DNA of 64,000 bases, taken from contig NC_092351.1 of the NCBI RefSeq assembly GCF_963676685.1, positions 44,454,001 through 44,518,000 of the forward strand, written 5' to 3'. Below the pieces are notes generated by a model. The model searched no databases, was not told where the DNA came from, and worked only from the letters and a program-made list of their open reading frames with translations. The position numbers and the translations under genes were made by a program. Numbering within the stretch: position 1 is the first letter of the stretch; every line of letters starts with the position of its first letter. The stretch is from Mytilus edulis (lineage: Eukaryota). Of the stretch, positions 37,330 through 48,367 are shown in pieces.

Positions 37330-37830
37330 ACCAAATCACCCACCATGACAGCATTTTGTCCAATCTCAGAAAGGATTTTCGAGCATGCGTATTCTGTTGC
37401 CATAGTTAAGCGTCCTTAAGTTCAAAGAGCACAAACCGAAACTAATACCGACTACGTCGGAAAAAAAGGAAAAATTAATAATAAGGAATGTAAAACCGTC
37501 TGTTTTGTCGACAATTTTAGTATGGAAATGTTTAGATTTAGAAATTGACATCTACTGCTGTTTATGCTGGTAGTATTTAAAATAAGTTCCTTTGCGTAAA
37601 TTTCGGTAGTATATTTAGAAAAATCTGGATTATCAAACAAAAATATATCATAGAGATAACTGTAAGGTATTGTTGAACGTATCAACCAAATGTAACAATG
37701 ACATGTTTTACTGAGTCGGTCATTAACTGAGACTCATAGCAATACAGGAATAAATCTGGTATTAAAAGGGTGCAATTAGTGTCAATATGAATACCTACAA
37801 CCTGTCAATATACTGCTGAAACGTACAAAT
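37330..37830 (-). mobile_element. Penelope-like RT relic (C-terminal RT motifs)
   Basis: TNCTLLIPDLFLYCYESQLM, YSYLYDIF (decayed YLDD region), EIYAKELILN, FHTKIVDKTDGFTFLIINFSF. Confidence 0.75.
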
Positions 37831-38769
37831 ATGTTGCCTAGGAGAATATGTAAAGCTTCAATCAAATCTTAACATTTCCATACATGTATATGAATAAAAT
37901 AAAATGTAGAGTACCCGTAAATAAGACGGCAACAAAACGACGTAATAAATCAAATGCCAGCAAATTTGATACATAATGGACAGTTTTTCGTTTACAGCAC
38001 AGACAAAAGAATGGTTTTTGCAACGATATGTTGTCAAGAAAAGAATCTACGAACACGATGAAATGAGACTGTATTGATATATATTTCTGCACAACAAAAA
38101 GACTTCATCCGTGTTCGTCTCATTCCAAATTGTGATAAATCAAGCTGTTTCTTGTGTTAAAAGATCTACATCTTTCATACAGGTCTTGCACTTGATCAAA
38201 TTTAACATGCCATTCTAAGTAGGCGCAGTTGCGTATGATTTCATCATTATTCTTATTTAGACGGGTTACTTTGACATTCCATTCTAAAGTAGACATAAAC
38301 GCGTATATTTCGCATTTTCATCCATAAGAGATGTTTACTTAGTTATACAGTGCACTTTGTTATACAAAAAGGACTCTGTTAAAAAAAAAAGGATTTCCAT
38401 GATAAAGAGTCCTAAACTGATATAAATTGTCGGATCTCCAAAATTCGGCAAATTCATGTCCGTGGGTGAGCAGTTTTGATTTACGTGAGATAATCAGATG
38501 CTTTATGTCGGGGTGAATGAACTCTGCACGTTTCCGCTTGTTTTCATAGCTGTCACCTCTGGTGCAATTATCAGAAGCAATTTTTCAATTATTATTTTGA
38601 GTTTTTACACTTTAAAGTTACTTGTTCAAATTCATATTTAAACAACGTTGATATAAATGTATCAGTATAACTATTCTAATATCATACATTTTGAAACAAA
38701 CCTTAGTGAAAATGGTCTTTGGTAACATTTTCAGACATTAGTTTGTAAAAATTCATAATACGCGTAGCT

Positions 38770-40317
38770 TTATTGCAGTTTTTCTTTTGCATTCTTTTTT
38801 CCACAACATAGTTTAATACAAAACTTCAGAAATAACTTAAAAGAATACACGACAAAAACTAGTCCCACAGCGTAGACCAGATAAACATCTACCATGAAAT
38901 ATGAATACCACGGCATATCTAGTGAGGCTGGTCTCAAATGTTCTGATCCATACTTAGTCACCAAGTCTATCCAATAAGCTGCTCTTTGTGTTGGGGTTTG
39001 TGGACGACTGTGGAATATCTCAGATGCATTTTTAATGCTGAACATGAAAGTGCTGTTATGCACTACTTTATTGATGTTTTCAACTAATTCGTTCACAGAA
39101 AAATCTAAAATATCCATTGAAATTCCATAAGCCTTGTCTTTTATAACAGCGGCATTTGTTTTCTGATCAAGAGCAATTGGAAATGCAATCATTGGTACGC
39201 CATGGTATAGAGCTTCAAAGACGCTGCTCTTTCCACAATGAGTGATGAATAGTTTTGTCTTTACATGCCCAAGCAGATCATTTTGTGGTAACCATGGCAA
39301 TTGTAATATGTTTCCATATTCTTTTTCATAATCTCCATTACGAAATATAAAATTAAAATGCTTCATCTTTTGAAAGGCTGAAATTAATTTATTCATTATT
39401 ATTTCAGGGCATGACTTAATTATACTACCAAATGAAACAATTACCAAACCATTTTCAGACTTCTCAACAAATGACTCAATCATAGATGTCAACGATTTAG
39501 CAGGTCCGGCTGCTAATCCACCACATAAAATCGCATTTGATGCAATTGGAATTGGATAATCCATTAAAATATCCCCGTCAACTATGTGTATCAAAAAACT
39601 ATTTGTTAGTTCGCTGTTTGACATTAAAGGCTTTTCTGGAACATATTTAGCGACAAGATTTCCAAACGAAGGCATTGTCGGTTTGATAAGTTGAATAGTA
39701 TACAATGCAGTATTAATCATACGCTCCAAGAACGTCATTTTGTCTGTAAATCCTGACCAGAATGCTGGCATATAGGAAGGATTAAATGGCGTTCGGTGGA
39801 GGTTTTGATCGTAGTGGGCAGAACTTAAAATGAAAGGTAATGAAAGTTTATATGCTAAAATTTCGTAGCAAAGAAAAGGGGCATAATCAACGATGGCATA
39901 GTCAAACTTTGTAGCTGCTAAGATTTCGATGAGTGTATCGTCGGTCAAAAACGAATGACAGTGATCATATGCATTTCGAAGTAATTGAAGTAAGGGGAAA
40001 GACCTGGAACCATTCATATTTATTTCCAATATAACTTGTACAAAATCATGTACAATTGACGCTTTATCAAGACTTTTTGCTACTACAGAATTAATTGATA
40101 TTCCCTGATATCGTAGTTCTTTGTCCATTGATGTTGAAAGCACAAATGTTGCTGAGTGATTGTACTTTTCTAATTCTCTTGCAATGGCCATAATAGGAGA
40201 GATGTGACTTCTCGATTGAGCTACGAAAACAACATAACTTTTACAGTCCACATTATACAGGTGTATCAAAAATCCTAGAGTCAGGACAATAAAGAATGTT
40301 TTCCACCCATACATCAT
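38770..40317 (-). CDS. UGT: UDP-glycosyltransferase (GT1/UDPGT family), copy 2, single coding exon, 515 aa
   Basis: Close paralog of copy 1 with all the same motifs: RSHISP, FDYAIVD, UGT signature, TM helix, KEKLQ end. Identical acceptor context upstream of the ATG. Confidence 0.97.
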   Translation of the reverse strand: MMYGWKTFFIVLTLGFLIHLYNVDCKSYVVFVAQSRSHISPIMAIARELEKYNHSATFVLSTSMDKELRYQGISINSVVAKSLDKASIVHDFVQVILEINMNGSRSFPLLQLLRNAYDHCHSFLTDDTLIEILAATKFDYAIVDYAPFLCYEILAYKLSLPFILSSAHYDQNLHRTPFNPSYMPAFWSGFTDKMTFLERMINTALYTIQLIKPTMPSFGNLVAKYVPEKPLMSNSELTNSFLIHIVDGDILMDYPIPIASNAILCGGLAAGPAKSLTSMIESFVEKSENGLVIVSFGSIIKSCPEIIMNKLISAFQKMKHFNFIFRNGDYEKEYGNILQLPWLPQNDLLGHVKTKLFITHCGKSSVFEALYHGVPMIAFPIALDQKTNAAVIKDKAYGISMDILDFSVNELVENINKVVHNSTFMFSIKNASEIFHSRPQTPTQRAAYWIDLVTKYGSEHLRPASLDMPWYSYFMVDVYLVYAVGLVFVVYSFKLFLKFCIKLCCGKKNAKEKLQ

Positions 40318-40489
40318 TCTGAAGAAAATGAAATCACAAATTCAGTTAATAAAAATATATAGTCAGAACAAGAACTATGTAACAAAAACTAGTGACCTAT
40401 ACCTTTAACAGTATTTAAATATTAGTTCCTTCTAATTTTGTCTACTGCCTTTGGATTAACAATATGTTATTGCGTATATATGAAATTTT

Positions 40490-40812
40490 GATCCTGGTAT
40501 CTATGATGATTTTATTTACAACCACTGGGTCGATGCCACTACTAGTGGAGATTTATTTCCCCGAGGGTTTCACCAGCCCAGTAGTCGTCACTTCTGTGTT
40601 GACTTCAGTTATCATTGATATGTTCATAATTGTAAATTAACTGTTAACAAAATTTGGAATTTTTGAAATACTAGGGCTTTTCTACCTCAATAGATTACCT
40701 TAGCTGCATTTGGCAAAACTTTTAGGAATTTTTGTTACTCAATGCTCTTCAACTTTGTACTTTATTTGGCCTTTTTAAAAAATTTTATTCGAGCGACACT
40801 GATGAGTCTTTT
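40490..40812 (+). mobile_element. PLE-associated short repeat with truncated hammerhead core
   Basis: cctggtatctatgatga...ttcgagcgacactgatgagtcttt; same family as 26535-26655. Confidence 0.6.
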
Positions 40813-41992
40813 AGTAACCCCCCCCCCCCCCCCCCCCCCCACCATATTTTCATCAGCGGGACTGATAGTTACCTAACAAATGTTAGAAATCGCTGTGTCC
40901 CATAAAAAAGTTCACAAGATAATATTTTTAAATAAGAACAAATTCGTTGCACCCTGTTTCGACCCTCAGAAAATAGTTAATGGCATCAGTTAGTTCTAAG
41001 CATGATCCCTTTGTTGATCATTTAATGCGGGGTTTTTTTACAGTTCCCAAATACTGTTGTTTGAGTAATATTTTTTCTAAAGATGTTAATCAACTTCTTG
41101 ATGAGATTATTACCTGTTTACATAATTAGTACATGTAATAAATGAGCTATTAATAACGGTTTAAATTCCTTGGATTATTATCCAGTCCTAGGTAATAATG
41201 TTGAGGGTTTTAGGATCATAAGGCAACCAACACATGCAACAACAATGCATAAAATAGGTATAATTTTGCGTTTCCATTTTGTAAATGTAAATCAAACGCG
41301 TAATCGAATAGTAAATCTTCAACGAGTTGTTATCCTTAATATTTATATAAGATTGTCGAAATTATTTGTGTCTCTCAATTATAAAAAATATATATTGTCA
41401 TAAATTGCATTGCCCAAAATGAATCTTTTAATGGAAATAAAAATATCGTATCTTATAAGATACAACGAAACATGAAAAATTCACAACTAGATTCAAAATA
41501 ATGAATATGTAAATGGTTAAACAGAATATGTTTGTAAATAAAAACATGCATATACAGATGGTTATACTGATTGGAATTTATAAATAAAACTAGATGTAAT
41601 CAACCATGCATAATATTGACTTCCTTCTGTATACTATAAAAATATATCAAAACTATTTGATGACTGCGAATTTTGTGCAATATTTAATTGAATAGGCTTA
41701 AGTGTTGGCAATTTAAAACACGATATCTTTATAAATATAAATGTACTCAAATTAAACTGCGTTTCAGGTAGGGCATAACTTGGTATCCTTTACTTTTTCC
41801 CTTTCTTCGATAAATATACCCTCTTGTGATCCTCGTTATATCAGTGTTTATATCCGTTATCTATGTCGATCTAAATCTGTGCACCGTTGTTATTAATCAG
41901 TTTAGTATTCAAACAACAATTTAATGGAAACTTAGGTTATCATTGAAGTAGATTCAAAACAGTAAGAACTTTGCCTGATTGGTTATAACTTA

Positions 41993-42113
41993 GAAACTTA
42001 CCGCAATTTGAGGTTGACATCTATAGGCTTGCTGCTAGAAAAACCTACACTTAAGTTTCGTTTAGTGTATGAGGGTATCTATGGGGTTTGCAGAATATTA
42101 TCAATAATTTATA
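41993..42113 (-). promoter_or_regulatory. Putative non-coding first exon and core promoter of UGT2 (uninterrupted version)
   Basis: Donor GCG/GTAAGTTTC at 42001 and minus-strand TATAAA at 42113-42108. Aligns to 26751-26808 joined to 34844-34895. Confidence 0.55.
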
Positions 42114-43033
42114 CCTAAAGATTCAAGAAAATAGCCAATAAAAAAATAAGGGGATTTCCCCAAAATCAAAAATTCTGTCCGTACTTCATTAATCGATAAA
42201 TTAATAAATTAATTTATGTAAATTGAAACTAAAATCTTGATAATTCCGATATATTTCTAAATGCCTAGTGACAAACATTGCATGCATATATATTCAGGAC
42301 AAGAAAAATGTCATATTCCAACAGTATACAACTACAGACTTTGTATAAATGACTTGTATCTAAATATGTCACACATTCGCCCAATAATATTAAGTTTACC
42401 GAAAAATGTGCCGAGGTTAGGGAAAATTCTTTTGCAAATAAAACTGATCTTTTTAAGGACTGACTGTAATACTTTTCTGTCAATGAAGAAAATCAAATAA
42501 CATAAAAATTGCGGTGCACACTGAATAACCTGCGTAGGCATTCCTTATAATTTAATTCTACATTCCATTTCAAACCGGGTAAATCATCGAAAATCGTTGG
42601 TTACGTCACGGTCACATGACAAAATTATGTCTTTGAGCTGATAGACAAGACACTATCAGCCAATTGAAAGACGCATAACATCCAAATTTAAATTATAACA
42701 TTATATCATAAGAATTATATTAATTTCTAAAATAACAATTATATTTATATTTTCTTAGAGAAAAAATAAGATTTAACTTGAATTGATTATTGTTTCGGAG
42801 TGTGCAAAAAGAACAATCGTTATTTTCATTTTATGATGAACTGTGGGTCTAGCTATTAATATGATTTTTTTAAATAAACCATGCAGTTAAAAAAAAACAT
42901 AGAGCCACATAGAGCTTTTCAACTTTTTTCTTTTTTGTTTCTCCTTTGCCGACGCTTAACATATATAGCAAAAAAATGAGTTTAGATATAAGTTTTATAT
43001 AAAAAGGATATATTTAGATGTTTCTTGGATATA

Positions 43034-43377
43034 TATAAAAAAGAAGATGTGGTATGATTGCCAATGAGACAACTGTCCACAAGAGACCAAAATGACACAG
43101 ACATTAACAATTATAGGTCACCGTACGGCCTTCAACAATGAGCAAAGCCCATACCGCATAGTCAGCTATAAAAGGCCCCGATATGACAATGTAAAACAAT
43201 TCAAACGAGAAAAATAACGACCTTATTTATATTAAAAATGAACGAAAAACAAATATGCAACACATAAACAAACGAAAACCACTGAATTACAGGCTCCTGA
43301 CTTGGGACAGGCACATACATAAATAATGTGGCGGGGTTAACCATGTTAGCGGGATCCCAACCCTCCCCCTAACCTGG
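43034..43377 (+). repeat. Abundant ~340-bp interspersed repeat (best copy)
   Basis: aagaagatgtggtatgattgccaatgagacaac...ggccttcaac...ggctcctgacttgggacaggc. Related copies at about 1245-1562, 24636-24980 and 55075-55262, and inverted at about 12130-12287 and 30940-31255. Confidence 0.85.
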
Positions 43378-43724
43378 CAAATTTTGAATTGGATCTATGG
43401 AGTTCTAATAGTTAAATTGAAATGAAAACCGATAACGGAATAATAGATAACGCCTAAATCAACCACTTTTCGTTCAATGTATAAGCGAAATTGATTGTCA
43501 AGTTTATGAAATTAGAATTGTCTTCGACAATATACAATGTACACAAAATATCTCAAAGAACAAACATAAATAAGCATGTGGAGTATACGTCAATGAGACA
43601 GCAACACAGCAATACAACTGCCATTAACATACAACTATACAAATTCAAAAGCAAATTTTAAGATATGACAAACGACAACTATACTTAAGATTTACGTGAC
43701 TGCGGATGTGACGGGTTTACTGTG

Positions 43725-44424
43725 ATCGATTGATTGTTGGTGTTTAAAAGTAACTTTTGAGAGCAACTTTTGGGCTATTTCGTAAGATAGCCAGTTATTA
43801 TTAATGGACATGGCGGAAGAAGATGGTGTGCGCCGAGAAAACCATCGAAATCCAATAGGAAAAATAAATGCAACAGTAGTATACCGCTGTTCAAAACTCG
43901 TAAATCTATGGACAAAAAAACAAAATCGGGGTAAAAAAACAAAACTGAGCGAAACGCATTAAATATAAGAGGAGAACAACGACACAACATAAAAATGTAA
44001 CACACACAGAAACGGACTAAGCATTAGACAAAATCCGATGAGAATAACAAATATAACATCAAAACCAAATACATGAATTTAGGATAGAAAAGTACCGTGA
44101 CACGTCTCATAGTAATGTGAATTTACACTAAAATATAAGAGAAAACCAACGACACAACGTAAAAATGTTACACACACAGAAACGAACTATGATATAACAA
44201 TGGCCATTTTCCTGACTTGGTACAGGACAATTTTAAAGAAAAAAATAGTGGGTTGAATCTGGTTTTGTGGCATGCCAAACAGGAAAACTGACAATTATAG
44301 TCCATTAAGATTAGAGTCAAGTGCAACTCGCACGGGTTGGGCTTGTCCTAACAACCTAAGTAATGACTGGCTATAGTGATTACAATAGAAGAACTACTTA
44401 GACCACTTGGCCACTGAGGCCCCT
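43725..44424 (-). mobile_element. tRNA-head SINE interrupted by another repeat (about 43861-44280)
   Basis: Minus strand begins ggggcctcagtggccaagtggtctaag (A-box-like). A similar decayed head lies at about 12370-12452. The nested repeat recurs at about 6875-7040 and 47935-48160. Confidence 0.55.
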
Positions 44425-47400
44425 GGATTAACTATGAAAATTTGACGGGGTATACTGTTTTTGTTTTAAATATACCACAATCCGTCTTTATTTTAGAGGA
44501 TTTCAACGGATGGATATCGTTTCAACAATGAATATAACAAATTGCTTCATTTATTTTCCTGTAAAGTTTGTCTTTGTAGTTTCACGTGAACATATACTGC
44601 GAATTCATTATTATTCGTTGGATATCAATTTTCGTGGTTTTCGTGGTATAGGTGAACCAGGAACCTGTATGTACGACGAACTACATATTATCTTGTAGGT
44701 TGTATGCAGACTTTGGCAACACCACGAAATCATATATCCACGAAAATGCGATTTTTCTGCAATCCACGAAAATTGGTACCCACGAAATAAATGAATCCAC
44801 AGTACTACTGTATTGTGTATGTGGTTAATATGACTTTTGTCTGTGAAGTACATCAACTGATAACCAGTTCAGTATGGTGTGAATTATTATTAGCGTAGTA
44901 AGCAATTTTATTTTGCTTTCCGCGGATACGATTTGTTTATACAGAGTACTTTTTTATGTTTTGTTACTTATATGGTCAATTTAGTCATATGATACTTCGA
45001 ATTTAAAACACAAAGTTAATTAGTTTTATATACATGTGTGTACATTGACTTTCATTAAAGAAAATCCTATATCAATACCAAATCCTCCGATTGGATTATT
45101 GTCTTCCATTACTCTGATTGGTCGACATCTTTTCTGTATGCAGTGATCTTAACCATGATACCTCTCTTTCGAACTTAAGCAAATGCACAGCTCAGATGTG
45201 AGCGAAATACCAGAACAAAAAGTTAATCACACATGGAATGTAAATTGTGATTCTATATGACAAAGTAATACACCGAATCATTTACGAAAAAATTGAATTT
45301 GCAAATGAGACAATATCGGAAAAATGCCTTTTTTTTTTTGGCAATAGGATTTTTTTTTTTTAAATGTCTTTAGAACCTGTATTTTAATAGAACAACTCAA
45401 AGAACAAACATTGAGATTCAGGAACTGTTGTTTGTAAATAAAACAATTGTTAAATGTGGTATCAAAAATTTCAGTTCTTTCCTGCTACCAAAGTTAATCA
45501 ATTTGAAAACATTTCTTATGTGAATAAAGAATAAGTTAAAGATAGTAAACCAGATAACAAAGTATTTGGTCCTTTGTATTGCTGTGTTGCTGTCTCATTG
45601 ACGTTTACTCCACATGTTTTTTAATATTTGTTCTTTGAGATACTTTGTTATCTGGTTTACTAGTATATTCCTACAATATTTTATCAAATGCCAATTATTA
45701 AGATTTGCATTTACAATACGAAAGATTAAGAAATATACTAAATTATAGTCTGATATGCCATTAACATGAAAGAATCTTGAGTAACAGGACAGAGTTGGTA
45801 ACAGGAACGAATTATTTTTTCAAAACAATTCCTTTGTTTCATAGTTTCAAATACATCATTAAAAATTGATCACAATTGAAAGATAACAGCAATCAATGGC
45901 ATTTATCATTTAAAACTTTATTTGCAAGATGAAAAATCTGCCTAGGTAATTAAAAGTTCAAAAATAAATTCCTTTCTTTTACCATCTACTATACTAGAAT
46001 TGCACAATGATCTCTGCTGTTATCAAAAGTTAAAACTTGTCTTTTAATTCCATTATTGTATATCATGTCTTTTATGATAATTTGATTTAATATAATGTTA
46101 ATAATAAATTATTTTATATGCAATGGATTGCATATAGTAGAAAAACTTTGTGTTTCATCAGTGAAATTGTCCTTCAACATCCTTCATGTTACTGATTATG
46201 ACTTTGCTTAGGTTTTTTTATCAGGTATTAGAAATGAATTACACAGAACTGTTTGTCCTTTTATTTGAATTGTGTAAAAGTTTACTTCCATCTACATATC
46301 AATTTGATAAAATACTATAAAAACACATTTAATGTTATAGTGATGACAATCAAATATTCTCAGAAGGTACACATAAGAGCTACTCTAAGAGAAAACAACA
46401 AAATAATTGTTCACTAAATTCGTTTCTTTGGTGAGCTCTGATTTTTTCAAACTGACTGCCAATCACCTATACATATGGAGTCATACATTCAGGAAATGAT
46501 GCTCTTCTCATTGCATTGTAGGATATCAAATATTGGTCTTTCAATTGTTTCCACAGGTGAATAATCCCAGTTGTTAAAGGAGGGAAATTAACTATTGGGG
46601 AAAAAAAATGTTTTTCTTAATTTGCTAAATTTTGCTTCAAATATATAAACAGACGAGTACGTAACAAGTTTCTTATATAATCTAACATATTTGTGAAAAT
46701 CGAAGTCTTTTAAATTAATTTGGATATTCTTTGAATGATTTTGTTGTCAGATATAAAAAGGTGTGTTTAATTGGCAATAGTAGGTGCAATATATACTCTA
46801 GTTAAGACTAAAACTTAAAATTTTCCAAAAAAAGGTTGAATAAAAAGATAATTGCCGTTGAAAGATGGAACTTGAAAATTAGAATTTTTCAGAACGCTTA
46901 GAAATATTTCAAAAAACTATATATCTATCATCTGACTTATTTTCTAGGTGCTCCATGATGATGTTTTAATTGATGATCAAGGTCAAGATAAAAAAAAACA
47001 ATCGGAAGTTACATAGCAGTTACATTTTTCGATCAACAATCCCGAAATATTTTTTTTTCAATTACTGTGGATTCATTAATATTCGTTCAATACTAATTTT
47101 TGTGGATTTCGTAGGTACACAAATTTAAATGATCAGCGTATCATTAATTTTCAAAAGGAATATATACAGACTTTGCCAAAATCACGACATTAAATATCAA
47201 ATATCAACAAGTACAATGTATGTAAGCTTTCTCAATCCATGAAAAATGGTACCCGCTAAAATATTTGAATCCACAGTATACGTAATGTCCGGATGTGTAA
47301 CAGGTGTTTTTTTAAACGTGAATTGCAAACTGAATTGAGTTCTTTCCTTGACATTATAATGACAAGAACTTGTATGACTTTAAGAGCTTCAAGGTGCTTT

Positions 47401-48367
47401 TTCTGTACAATTCTTTTAAATGAATTTGTGTTATGTATATTTATTTAATTTACTGTTGGTAGAAATAAAGGCCGTTATTTAGAATTCTATCAGGCCAAGG
47501 AGGTATATGCTTAGAAGAAATCAAAAAATTGTTTCCAACTTAAGTTATAGGTCGCTAGACAATTTTTTTTGTATTGTTCATGTGTATTCCATTTAACTAC
47601 AAACCCAGTTGGTAAGTCTAATTCGAGGGAATGAGGATGGAAATAGAGTTTCGCCAATCTGTGATTGCATCCGAACTATTGATTCGAAAAGAGCTTCTTT
47701 GTAAGCAGCAAACGTCTATCAAGACAATCACGATAGGAATTGCAAGCTAGGCAATATCACATGATTAAATAAGGGATTCATTATACTACATGTGCAGGCG
47801 CTGTTTGAATGTTGCTACATAGTCTATACTGTGTATAAAATGTCACTGACGCTGACGAGGTTACCATTATATGTAAACAAATCGGTCCTAAAAATTACAT
47901 AATTCGAAACATTAAGGTTTCAAACGGCAGGTTTGGTTAGCCATAAAACCAGGTTCAAACTACCATTTTTCCTTTTCTGTACCAAGTCAGGAATATGGCA
48001 TTTGTTATCAAATGTAAGTTGGCGTTTGTTTTTGTTGCACTTCTTTGTTCCTGTTGTTCCTTTGTTGTCCTTTTATTGTTGATGTGTACCCCTTGGTTTT
48101 AGTTTGTAACCCGGATGTTATGTCTTTGGAATACCAGTATACTGCTGTTGCCTTAATTTATACACAGCTGATTTGGAATTATTGCTTTCTGATCTCTTCA
48201 TTTTTTTCTATTCAATTTGGCTTTCAAACTATTGATTATGGTTACACTGATGAGTCTTGTGTAAATGAAATATTCGTCTGGTGTAATAAAATAACGTATG
48301 TATTTTAACTCAATTGTAAATGTATCTAACAAAACAGCCCAAAAATTTGGAAAATTGGCTTTAAATT

